A DNA stretch of 64,000 nucleotides from Candidatus Wirthbacteria bacterium (GTDB taxonomy: Bacteria > Patescibacteriota > CG2-30-54-11), in assembly GCA_903889905.1 (NCBI GenBank), contig CAISZI010000040.1:148-64147 (forward strand), given 5' to 3'. This document shows, one piece after another, positions 19,660 to 28,408 of the stretch. Under the pieces are notes generated by a model that was not told the origin of the DNA, did not search any database, and saw only the letters and a list, made by a program, of their open reading frames with translations. A program made the translations under genes and the position numbers. Numbering within the stretch: position 1 is the first letter of the stretch; the number at the start of each line of letters is the position of its first letter.

Positions 19660-20616
19660 ATGTCGGAAGTTGTATCCTTGCCAGTCAAACCACTAATAGT
19701 GATTGCTTTGGGCGGGAATGCAATTTTGCGTGCCAGGGAAAAAGGGACTTACAACGAGCAGATGGCCAATGTGAGTGCGACTTCTGCCAATTTGGCAAAA
19801 CTGGTTATGGGGAATTTCCGTGTCGTGATTACGCATGGCAATGGCCCGCAAGTTGGCAATTTGTTGATTCAACACGCGGCCGCCCAAAACCAGGTGCCAG
19901 CTTTGCCCATGGATGCCTGTGGCGCACAAAGCCAAGGTCAAATTGGTTATATGATGCAGCAAACGATGCGACAGCATTTGCGTGCGGCGGGTTCGGTTGT
20001 TGACGTGGGGACGCTGGTGACGCAAGTGGAAGTCGATGCCGCTGATCCAGCCTTTGCCAAACCAACCAAACCCGTGGGACCGTTTTATGATGCGGCGACA
20101 GCCGAACGCATGCGGTCACAGGGTTACTGCGTGATCGAAGACAGCGGCCGTGGTTATCGTCGTGTTGTACCGTCGCCGATTCCTCAACATATTGTTGAAA
20201 TAAATATTGTGCGCGCGCTGGCCAAGGCTGGCATTGTGGCGATTGCCGCGGGTGGCGGCGGTGTGCCCGTTGTTGCAACCGAGGCAGGATATAAAGGAGT
20301 GGAAGCCGTGATCGACAAAGACATGGCCGGGTCGTTGCTCGCACATGAACTGGACGCTGACTTGTTTGTCGTTCTCACCGACGTCAGCCGTGTCTGCCTG
20401 CATTACAAACAGCCGGATCAGGAAGAACTTAAATCCATGAGTTTGTCACAAGCGCATCGGTACCTCAGCGAAGGACACTTTGCCGCTGGCAGTATGGGTC
20501 CAAAAGTGCTGGCCTGCATGAAATTCATCGAACGTGGCGGCAAGCAAGCGATCATTACGAATCCGGCGAGTATATTGGAGGCGGTTAAAGGGGAGGCGGG
20601 GACTGTAATTTATTAA
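19660..20616 (+). CDS. arcC: Carbamate kinase
   Basis: ALGGNA, THGNGPQVG, PTKPVG, GYRRVVPSP, AVIDKD and GSMGPK. Confidence 0.96.
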   Translation: MSEVVSLPVKPLIVIALGGNAILRAREKGTYNEQMANVSATSANLAKLVMGNFRVVITHGNGPQVGNLLIQHAAAQNQVPALPMDACGAQSQGQIGYMMQQTMRQHLRAAGSVVDVGTLVTQVEVDAADPAFAKPTKPVGPFYDAATAERMRSQGYCVIEDSGRGYRRVVPSPIPQHIVEINIVRALAKAGIVAIAAGGGGVPVVATEAGYKGVEAVIDKDMAGSLLAHELDADLFVVLTDVSRVCLHYKQPDQEELKSMSLSQAHRYLSEGHFAAGSMGPKVLACMKFIERGGKQAIITNPASILEAVKGEAGTVIY

Positions 20617-20640
20617 TTCTGGAACAAAGCGACAAAGTCC

Positions 20641-20734
20641 GTCATTGCGAGGAGTCATCGACGCGGCAATCTTTCGGCTTTTGGGAGGAAAGATTGCCAC
20701 GTCACCCCGTCAGAACGGGATTCCTCGCAATGAC
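20641..20734. repeat. Family A palindromic element
   Basis: GTCATTGCGAGGA...TCCTCGCAATGAC with GGCAATCTTTC/GAAAGATTGCC stem. Confidence 0.9.
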
Positions 20735-20767
20735 AGAATTAACTAATGACATCAACAGGAGAGTAAA

Positions 20768-23104
20768 ATGTTTCGTCAGAAAGTGATCATCATGGGCGCG
20801 GCGGGGCGAGATTTTCACAACTTCAACGTCTACTTCCGCGACAAGGAAGAATTTGAGGTTGTCGCTTTTACGGCGACGCAGATTCCCAATATTGACGGCC
20901 GCAAATACCCGGCCGAACTGGCGGGTACGCTTTACCCCGATGGCATCGATATTTACCGCGAAGAAGAGCTGTCGCAACTGATCAAACGTTTTGATGCCCG
21001 TACCGTCGTTTTTGCCTATTCGGATGTTAGCCATGAGTACGTCATGCATCGCGTTTCATTGGCCAATGCCGTGGGGGCCAATTTCCTGCTGCTCGGAGTG
21101 AGGGACACCATGATTAAGTCGATCAAACCCGTGATTTCGATCTGTGCCGTGCGCACCGGCAGTGGCAAAAGTCAGACATCGCGTGCGGTGGTTGGTTTTT
21201 TGAAGACGCAAGGCCTCAAGGTTGTGGCCGTGCGCCACCCTATGCCTTATGGCGACCTGGCCAAACAGGCGGTGCAGCGTTTTGCCACTTACGATGACTT
21301 TGCCAAACACGAGTGCACGTTTGAGGAGCGCGAAGAATATGAGCCCTACATTGAGCAGGGATTGGTGATTTATGCCGGTGTGGATTATGGTGCCATTCTG
21401 ACGCAAGCCGAAGCTGAGGCCGATGTGATTGTCTGGGATGGTGGCAACAACGACACACCTTTTTTCGTTCCGGACCTTAATATCGTTGTCGTCGACCCAC
21501 ACCGTCCGGGCCATGAGCTTAAGTATTATCCTGGCGAAACCAACCTGCGCATGGCCGACGTGATTGTGATCAACAAAATGGACAGCGCCCAGCCTGAGGG
21601 CATCGAAACCGTCAAAGCCAACATTGCCAAATACAACAGTCGCGCCCGGGTGATCGAAGCGGATTCGATTATCGACGTAGCTGATCCGACGCTGATTAAC
21701 AATATGCGCGTGCTCGCCATTGAAGATGGTCCAACCGTGACACACGGTGGTATGGGGTATGGTGCCGCCTACATTGCAGCGGAAAAGTTCAAAGCCTGGC
21801 AAATCGTCGATCCGCGGCCATTTGCGGTGGGTTCAATCAAGGCAACCTTTGCCAAATACAGCCACCTCGACAAAGTCCTGCCGGCCATGGGTTATGGCTC
21901 CGCGCAAATGCAGGAACTCGAGGACACGATCAACGCGAGCAATGCCGAAGCGGTTGTAATTGGTACTCCCGTGGATCTGGGCAAGCTGTTGCATATCAAT
22001 AAACCCTATACCCGCGTCACTTACCGTTTGGCGGAACGTGGCGACCTCAAACTTGCCGAGGTTTTACAACCGTTCATTCCTGCCACAACTATCCCAACTG
22101 TTCAAAGTCCCGCTTCAACCATCACCCCAAGGAGTGTCTCCATGCCAGCGACAAACCTTCCCCAGAACTCGGTTCGGCATTTACTCCATTTCAAAGATTA
22201 CACCGGCGCCGAACTGCGCGAGATCCTCGACCTGGCGCACAAAATCAAAGCCAGTCCCAAGGAATACTGGTTTGCTCTTGACCACCAGACGCTGGTCATG
22301 CTGTTTCAAAAGAATTCGACCCGCACCCGCGTCTCCTTTGAAACCGGGCTCACTCAGCTCGGCGGCCACGCCATTTTTCTGGATTGGAAAAATACCCAGC
22401 TGGACAAAGCGAGCCTTCCTGATGAAGCGCGCTGCCTGGCTCGCTATGGCAACATGATCGCCGCGCGGCTCAAAAAGCACAGCGACATCGAGCAGATTGC
22501 CGCCTATAGTCGCGTACCAGTGATCAACATGCTGTGCGAGAAATACCATCCCTGCCAGTCACTCGCCGATTTGCTCACCATCGAAGAACATTTGGGCAAA
22601 CTGGAAGGCAAGAATATTGTCTACACTGGCATTGCCAACAATGTCTCCAACACATTGGTTGACGCCGGCACCAAGCTTGGCGCCAATGTCATCCTGGCCG
22701 TACCCGAAAAAGACCCGGATGCCCTGGACCCCGAACTTGAAGCCGCTGCCATGGCCACTGGTCGCTATCACGAAACCACAGATTTGCTCGAAGTCATGCC
22801 CACAGCCGACGTCGTCTACACCGACACCTGGGTCAATATGGAGCATTTTGACGACCCCAAATTCGCCGCCGAGAAAGCCCGCCGCGAGAAGCTTTTCGCG
22901 CCCTACCAGGTGAGTGCCGCGCTGCTGGAGAAGACCGGAAGCCATGCCCTGATCATGCACGACCTCCCAGCCCACGATGGCTATGAAATCACTCGGGATG
23001 CCATTGAGCACCCCAATTCCATCATCTTCGACCAGGCCGAGAACCGGCTGCATGCCCAGAAGGCAGTCATGGTGTGGTTGCTGCAGAAGAATAAGATGGT
23101 ATAA
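20768..23104 (+). CDS. argF: Fusion of an arginine synthetase (ArcE)/cDPG-synthetase-like P-loop protein with ornithine carbamoyltransferase
   Basis: About aa 1-437 carry GAAGRDFHNFN, AVRTGSGKS, RHPMPYG, WDGGNND and EDGPTVTHGG. After a Pro/Thr/Ser linker the OTCase part has STRT, HPCQ, HDLP and QAENRLH. Confidence 0.88.
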   Translation: MFRQKVIIMGAAGRDFHNFNVYFRDKEEFEVVAFTATQIPNIDGRKYPAELAGTLYPDGIDIYREEELSQLIKRFDARTVVFAYSDVSHEYVMHRVSLANAVGANFLLLGVRDTMIKSIKPVISICAVRTGSGKSQTSRAVVGFLKTQGLKVVAVRHPMPYGDLAKQAVQRFATYDDFAKHECTFEEREEYEPYIEQGLVIYAGVDYGAILTQAEAEADVIVWDGGNNDTPFFVPDLNIVVVDPHRPGHELKYYPGETNLRMADVIVINKMDSAQPEGIETVKANIAKYNSRARVIEADSIIDVADPTLINNMRVLAIEDGPTVTHGGMGYGAAYIAAEKFKAWQIVDPRPFAVGSIKATFAKYSHLDKVLPAMGYGSAQMQELEDTINASNAEAVVIGTPVDLGKLLHINKPYTRVTYRLAERGDLKLAEVLQPFIPATTIPTVQSPASTITPRSVSMPATNLPQNSVRHLLHFKDYTGAELREILDLAHKIKASPKEYWFALDHQTLVMLFQKNSTRTRVSFETGLTQLGGHAIFLDWKNTQLDKASLPDEARCLARYGNMIAARLKKHSDIEQIAAYSRVPVINMLCEKYHPCQSLADLLTIEEHLGKLEGKNIVYTGIANNVSNTLVDAGTKLGANVILAVPEKDPDALDPELEAAAMATGRYHETTDLLEVMPTADVVYTDTWVNMEHFDDPKFAAEKARREKLFAPYQVSAALLEKTGSHALIMHDLPAHDGYEITRDAIEHPNSIIFDQAENRLHAQKAVMVWLLQKNKMV

Positions 23105-23148
23105 TCAATTCTCACCTTGATATCTTATTTTTATAAGTCTGAGAATTT

Positions 23149-23490
23149 ATGTCGGAAATCGGCATTGGTGATTATGGTATTGCTGCCGATGGCGAGTACG
23201 ATCCGGCAGGCGAAATGCATGATTCGAGATCACCAGAAATATGTGTAGGGGAGTTACGATCTCTGAATGAAAGTATGCATAGTTTAGTAACGGAGTTACG
23301 TTATTTATATACGGAGATTGAAGCCTTGCGAGCGCAAGGAAATCTCAATAAACAAGATCAAAGAAAGTTAAAAAGACTCCAAAACGACGCACCAAGCACA
23401 TTAAATGTGCTGGAAAAGAAAAGGAAAAAATTTGCCACGCGACGCCAGTGGTATATTGATCATGATCCGAGTTATGCCGGCTTTAAGTAA
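23149..23490 (+). CDS. Orphan hypothetical protein, coiled-coil-like (113 aa)
   Basis: AT-rich ORF between the two argF 3'-end copies, preceded by TGGTATAAT. Confidence 0.65.
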   Translation: MSEIGIGDYGIAADGEYDPAGEMHDSRSPEICVGELRSLNESMHSLVTELRYLYTEIEALRAQGNLNKQDQRKLKRLQNDAPSTLNVLEKKRKKFATRRQWYIDHDPSYAGFK

Positions 23491-23493
23491 TCA

Positions 23494-23585
23494 AACTCCT
23501 TCATCTTCCACCAGGCCGAAAACCGCATGCATACTCAGAAGGCATTGCTGGTGTGGTTGCTGCAGAAGAATAAGATGGTATAATC
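23494..23585 (+). repeat. Diverged direct repeat of the last 30 codons of argF (23015-23106)
   Basis: 79 of 90 nt identical through the stop codon; the final 37 bp, including 2 nt after the stop, are identical. Confidence 0.95.
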
Positions 23586-23638
23586 TATAACCTCGCTGCA
23601 ATGCGGTGGAATCTATCTATTTTTATCGAGGTTGGAAA

Positions 23639-23983
23639 ATGGCTAAATCGACTGTTGAATTAACTGCTGAGGGTAAATCCCAACAAGCGTTTTTGGATGA
23701 GATCAAACTCGATGAAAATAACGCACACGCAGACATTATAAAGGATATTGATGAATTGATTTTAGAAATTGATACAAAGGGTGAAGTCGAAGCCGATCGG
23801 TACTCAGCAGCTATTAAGAATTTTAATGATTTTTTTGATATTCGTTTGCCTCAAAACTTTGCTATTGATTATGTTCACATTCAAATTCTACTTGATTTAG
23901 TTGAAGCAGAATTGTCGCGCTTGAGTAAAACTGACAGTGAGCCGACTTTGGATCAGGTTGGCGGGCTTGAGGGGCAGGGGTAG
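23639..23983 (+). CDS. Orphan acidic hypothetical protein
   Basis: AT-rich ORF with GAGG RBS, downstream of the second TGGTATAAT. Confidence 0.65.
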   Translation: MAKSTVELTAEGKSQQAFLDEIKLDENNAHADIIKDIDELILEIDTKGEVEADRYSAAIKNFNDFFDIRLPQNFAIDYVHIQILLDLVEAELSRLSKTDSEPTLDQVGGLEGQG

Positions 23984-24162
23984 TGAGGACGTCGCTGGCG
24001 GATCCAGATTTAGCCAAATAATCTGAAATTATTAACTCAATTTTCATGGAGGTGCAAACTGGACGAGATTGATGATAGTGGTTACCAAGGAGAGACAGAT
24101 CGACCGAATGCCTCTCTGACGGTGGTTCAAATTGCGGCAAAAGTATTAGCTGATCAGCAGCA

Positions 24163-24453
24163 ATGACTGCTCATCCTGTAGATTTAGGAGAATCTCCGGC
24201 ACTGGAGCAACAAGAGGACAAGAGCAATTCAATTTTGGCATTGCAGCAGAAAGAATTGGCAGCAAAGTATCAAGAGAATATTTTATTAGCTGAGTACAAT
24301 GCCCTAAAATCTAGACCATCCACTGCACTTGCAGATATTGATGCCGCCTTCGATCGTTTAGTTGCAGCATCCACGCGAGTAAATAATTTGGAGATAGACT
24401 TGCACAAATTATGCAAGGGGCCAGGCTCAGATGAAAATGGTTCATTTAGATAA
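24163..24453 (+). CDS. Orphan helical hypothetical protein (96 aa)
   Basis: Co-oriented AT-rich ORF with coiled-coil-like composition. Confidence 0.5.
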   Translation: MTAHPVDLGESPALEQQEDKSNSILALQQKELAAKYQENILLAEYNALKSRPSTALADIDAAFDRLVAASTRVNNLEIDLHKLCKGPGSDENGSFR

Positions 24454-24521
24454 TCAAAAATGAACATATTGTAATTTCATCAAAGAATGCTGAATTGACT
24501 AGCTGAAGTGGGAATAAAACC

Positions 24522-24683
24522 TTGACCGCTCACATTATTTCTGTTAGTTTGTTGGCGGTCCGAAAATGATGTTTAATGCTTATTAACCATGCTCAAACTG
24601 ATTCGTCTTTGCCGTCGCATGAAGCCCGAACTCGAGCTGTGATTACTATTCCCCTTTACCATTGGTAACAGGGGATTTTTTTT
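24522..24683 (+). promoter_or_regulatory. pyrB promoter, putative leader peptide (24589-24642) and attenuator
   Basis: TTGACC-17 bp-TAGTTT; ORF MLKLIRLCRRMKPELEL*; hairpin TCCCCTTTACC-ATT-GGTAACAGGGGA plus T8 ending 30 bp before pyrB. Confidence 0.65.
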
Positions 24684-24713
24684 GGCCATTTATCAACCAT
24701 TCTGGAGGGCAGT

Positions 24714-26033
24714 ATGCCTAACTTCGTCGGACGCGACATCATATCCATGGATGAATTCAGCCGCGAGGACATCATGTATGTCATGCGCGTGGCTGAGCTG
24801 ATGGAAAAAAACAAATATCCCGAGCTGCTCAAGGGCCTGATCGTGTCCACGTTGTTCTTCGAACCCTCTACTCGCACGCGCCTTTCCTTTGAGACCGCCG
24901 CGCTGCAGATCGGTGCCCAGGTCATTTCCACGACCGGCGCCCAGTTTTCGTCACTCTACAAAGGTGAAACGTTGCAGGATACTGCTGCGGTGATCGGTGG
25001 CTATGCCGATGTGCTGGTCATGCGCCACCCGGAAAAAGGTTCTGCCCGTGCGCTTGCCGATGGTACCGACAAACCCATCATTAATGGTGGTGACGGCCCC
25101 GGCGATCATCCAACTCAAACGCTTTTGGACCTTTATACCATCCTTTCAGCCAAAGGGACACTGGATAACCTCAAGATTGGCTTTGTCGGTGATCTCAAAT
25201 ACGGGCGTACCGTGCACTCACTGGCTACGGCACTGCGCTTTTTTAACCCCGAACTCTATTTCATCGCGCCCAAAGCACTCGCCATGCCCGACGAGTACAA
25301 GGAACGCCTCGACAATGCCGCAGTCAAATACCACGAGAGCGAAAATCTGGATGACTTTATCGGCGAGGTGGACATCCTGTATGTGACCCGTGTGCAGAAA
25401 GAACGCTTTACCGACGTCGAGGAATACAACAAGTACAAACTCATGTACATCATCGGTAATGACACCCTCAACAAAGCGCGCAAAGATGTTTCGATTATGC
25501 ATCCGCTACCACGGGTCGGCGAGATCAAGACCGAAATCGATAACTCCCCCAATGCCATTTACTTCCAGGAAGCCTGGAACGGCGTGCCGGTGCGCAAAGC
25601 CTTGCTCGCACTCGTCACTGGTCGCTTCAAACTCGAAGACCAGACGCAATCGGGTAAATTGGTCAAGAAAAATGTCCTGCTCACGATCGGTTCGGAAGAT
25701 AACAAGAAGAAAATGCTGCCCGACATTCAACAACTCGCCACAGTCGGTTACAACCTCTATGCCACCGCAAAAACACACAAATTCCTCAAGGAAATGGGCG
25801 TCGAAAATACCCAGCTGCACAAGATCAGCGATACCGGCAAGCAACCGAATATCAAAGACTTCCTGGAGCAAAAACGTTTTGACATCATCATCAATATCCC
25901 AAGTGGATTAGGCAGCGAAGAAGCTACGGACGGCAGCCTGATGCGCCGCATGGCCATTGAACAGAGCATTCCGCTGATTACCGACCCGCAGGTGGCGCAC
26001 TTCCTGATCGCGGCGTTGAAGAAGGAAGCGTAA
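24714..26033 (+). CDS. pyrB: Aspartate carbamoyltransferase catalytic chain fused to a C-terminal MGS-like domain
   Basis: FFEPSTRT, KGETL, HPTQ, TRVQKER and HPLPR, then KKNVLLTIG...YAT...IINIP...DGSLMRRMAIEQSIPLIT. Confidence 0.93.
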   Translation: MPNFVGRDIISMDEFSREDIMYVMRVAELMEKNKYPELLKGLIVSTLFFEPSTRTRLSFETAALQIGAQVISTTGAQFSSLYKGETLQDTAAVIGGYADVLVMRHPEKGSARALADGTDKPIINGGDGPGDHPTQTLLDLYTILSAKGTLDNLKIGFVGDLKYGRTVHSLATALRFFNPELYFIAPKALAMPDEYKERLDNAAVKYHESENLDDFIGEVDILYVTRVQKERFTDVEEYNKYKLMYIIGNDTLNKARKDVSIMHPLPRVGEIKTEIDNSPNAIYFQEAWNGVPVRKALLALVTGRFKLEDQTQSGKLVKKNVLLTIGSEDNKKKMLPDIQQLATVGYNLYATAKTHKFLKEMGVENTQLHKISDTGKQPNIKDFLEQKRFDIIINIPSGLGSEEATDGSLMRRMAIEQSIPLITDPQVAHFLIAALKKEA

Positions 26034-26040
26034 GAATTAC

Positions 26041-26165
26041 CTCCTCCTGGCCTCCCCCTAACTTAGGGGGAGGAAGAGGAGTAATTCCTTCCTCTCCCCC
26101 TTTGGGGAAGAGTTAGAGAGAGGGGAATCAGCAGCCCCTCACCCTCCCACCAGGGGAAGGGGAAG
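26041..26165. repeat. Family B C/G-tract hairpin cluster
   Basis: CTCTCCCCCTTTGGGGAAGAGTTAGAGAGAGGGGA is nearly identical to 2322-2355. Confidence 0.85.
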
Positions 26166-26205
26166 ATTGTGCCAAAGAATTAAAACAATTAGTGAACAGG
26201 TTTGC

Positions 26206-27027
26206 ATGAACTTCCGCGAAAAACTTGATCTCGTTGTGACCCGGAACAATTCTCTGGTTTGCGTTGGGCTGGACAGTGAAATTGCCAAAATGCCGCCGCA
26301 TATCCAGTCCATGGAAGACCCGCAGTTTGAATTCAACAAGTCGATTATTGACGCCACAGCCGACCTTGTGTGCGCCTACAAGCCCAATATCGCTTTTTAC
26401 GAGCTGTTTGGCGCGCGCGGGATCACGTCCCTGCTCAAGACGATCGAATATATCCCCAAAAATATTCCGATCGTGCTCGATGCCAAACGTGGCGACATTG
26501 GCGATACCTCTTATATGTATGCCAAAAGTTATTTTGAGACATTTGGGGTGGATGCCGTGACGATCCACGGGTACATGGGATCTGACACCGTAGCGCCGTT
26601 CATGAAATACGAAGACAAAGCCATTTTTGTGCTGGTCAAGACGTCCAATCCGTCGGCTGTGGAGTTTGAGGACATGGAACTCAAGGATGGCAAAAAACTG
26701 TATATCAAAGTCGCCGAGAAAATCGCGGAGTGGAATGAACTGTATCCGGGCTTGTGTGGTACAGTCGTGGGCGCGACCTTTCCGGCTGATCTGAAGCCGA
26801 TCCGAGTAATTTTACCCGATGTTCCGTTTCTTGTCCCCGGACTGGGGAAACAAGGTGGTGACACTGAGCAAACGGTTTTGAATGGGATGGATGCGCGTGG
26901 CAGAGGGCTTTTGATCAACTCGGCCCGAGCCATCATCTTTGCCGGTAATGGCCTCGACTTTGCCCAAAAAGCCCGTGAAGAAACGCTTAAATTGCGCGAC
27001 AAGATCAACCAGTATCGCAAGGGGTAA
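26206..27027 (+). CDS. pyrF: Orotidine-5'-phosphate decarboxylase (type 2)
   Basis: CVGLD, YKPNIAFY, LDAKRGDIG, KTSNP, VVGAT and LVPG. Confidence 0.95.
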   Translation: MNFREKLDLVVTRNNSLVCVGLDSEIAKMPPHIQSMEDPQFEFNKSIIDATADLVCAYKPNIAFYELFGARGITSLLKTIEYIPKNIPIVLDAKRGDIGDTSYMYAKSYFETFGVDAVTIHGYMGSDTVAPFMKYEDKAIFVLVKTSNPSAVEFEDMELKDGKKLYIKVAEKIAEWNELYPGLCGTVVGATFPADLKPIRVILPDVPFLVPGLGKQGGDTEQTVLNGMDARGRGLLINSARAIIFAGNGLDFAQKAREETLKLRDKINQYRKG

Positions 27028-27031
27028 AACC

Positions 27032-28390
27032 GTGACCAAATATCTCCTCAAGCAGGGCACACTCATTTCGGCAACTGGCCGACAGGTGGCTGATCTCATT
27101 ATCGACAATGGCAAAATTGCCAAAATCGGTTCAAACCTGACGGCCTTGAGCGCCTACGAAATCAATTGCGATGGCTTGCTGATACTCCCGGGCATGATCG
27201 ATACGCATGTGCATTTCCGCGATCCGGGTCTTACCCACAAGGCTGACGCAGCCACGGAATCGCTGGCGGCGCTCGCCGGTGGCGTGACCACGATTTGCGA
27301 CATGCCCAATACCAAACCACAAACGACGACAATCCCATTGGTCAAAGAAAAACAGCAGCTGTATGCCACGAAGTGTTTGTGCGATTTTGGTATTTATCTC
27401 GGGGCAGCCAAAGACAACCTTGAGGAGCTCAAGCGAGCAGACGAGGACAATACGATCCCGGCAGTCAAAATTTTCATGGCCGAGAGTACAGGGGAGATGA
27501 CGTTGAGTGAAGATGAATATCTAAAACCGATATTTGCGCAGACACGCAAACTACTGCTTGTCCACGCCGAAAACGAAGCGCGACGACTCCACCGGATCGA
27601 GCAGTTCAGACAGGGAAAGCTCAAGGAAGCAATGGGTATGGCGCCCAATGACCCCTATCTGCACGGCATTGTCCGCGACAACAAAGTTGCCTCCCAGGGC
27701 ACCAAACACGCGGTGGAACTGGCGCTTGCGGCCAAACACCGGATGCATGTACTGCACGTCTCTGCCCGTGAAGAATTCCCTTTTTTGCGCCAGGGTCTCG
27801 ATGCCGGCCTGGTCACGTCGGAAACGTGTCCCCAATACCTGTGGTTTACCCGCGAGGACACCAAAGTGCATGGACTGTATCGCATCATGAATCCAGCGCT
27901 CAAAGGCGAAGCTGACCGCGCGGCCCTCTGGGAAGCTTTACAAACCGGTTTGATTTCCCAGGTTGCCACCGATCACGCGCCGCATCTGCCTGAAGAAAAA
28001 GATTTAGGTTATGGCAAAGGGCCCTCCGGGCTTCCTGGAGTACAGTTTGTCCTGCCACTACTGCTGGCCAAAGCGCAGGAGGGAGAGCTGACTCTGGAAC
28101 AAGTGGTGCAACTAACCAGCTTCAACCCTGCCCAGAATTTTCAGATCGAAAATAAAGGCCAGCTCGCCGAAGGCTTTGATGCCGACATCGCCATTATTAA
28201 CCCAAATGCCAGTGCCATGATTCACGCTGATATGGTAAAGTCTAAGTGCGGCTGGACACCTTATGAAGGTGTTTTGCTGAACGGCGGATTGGTGGAGAAA
28301 ACTTTCGTCCGTGGTGAACTCAAATTCAACCGCCACAGTGATTTCAAAGTTTCCATGCTTCCAGGCAAGACCATTACGGTCAGGCTTTAA
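27032..28390 (+). CDS. pyrC: Dihydroorotase
   Basis: PGMIDTHVHFRDPG, DMPNT, HAE and ATDHAPH; GTG start just after the pyrF stop. Confidence 0.92.
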   Translation: MTKYLLKQGTLISATGRQVADLIIDNGKIAKIGSNLTALSAYEINCDGLLILPGMIDTHVHFRDPGLTHKADAATESLAALAGGVTTICDMPNTKPQTTTIPLVKEKQQLYATKCLCDFGIYLGAAKDNLEELKRADEDNTIPAVKIFMAESTGEMTLSEDEYLKPIFAQTRKLLLVHAENEARRLHRIEQFRQGKLKEAMGMAPNDPYLHGIVRDNKVASQGTKHAVELALAAKHRMHVLHVSAREEFPFLRQGLDAGLVTSETCPQYLWFTREDTKVHGLYRIMNPALKGEADRAALWEALQTGLISQVATDHAPHLPEEKDLGYGKGPSGLPGVQFVLPLLLAKAQEGELTLEQVVQLTSFNPAQNFQIENKGQLAEGFDADIAIINPNASAMIHADMVKSKCGWTPYEGVLLNGGLVEKTFVRGELKFNRHSDFKVSMLPGKTITVRL

Positions 28391-28408
28391 CTTTTAGAAG
28401 GAATTTCG

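Noticed and set aside
20768-22080. Literal annotation as cyclic 2,3-diphosphoglycerate synthetase
   Set aside because: No 2-phosphoglycerate kinase is nearby. Fusion to OTCase and adjacency to carbamate kinase point to the arginine synthetase branch.
23015-23585. DGR pair or prophage attL/attR
   Set aside because: Mismatches are not adenine-specific, the enclosed DNA is only about 390 bp, and no integrase or phage gene is present.
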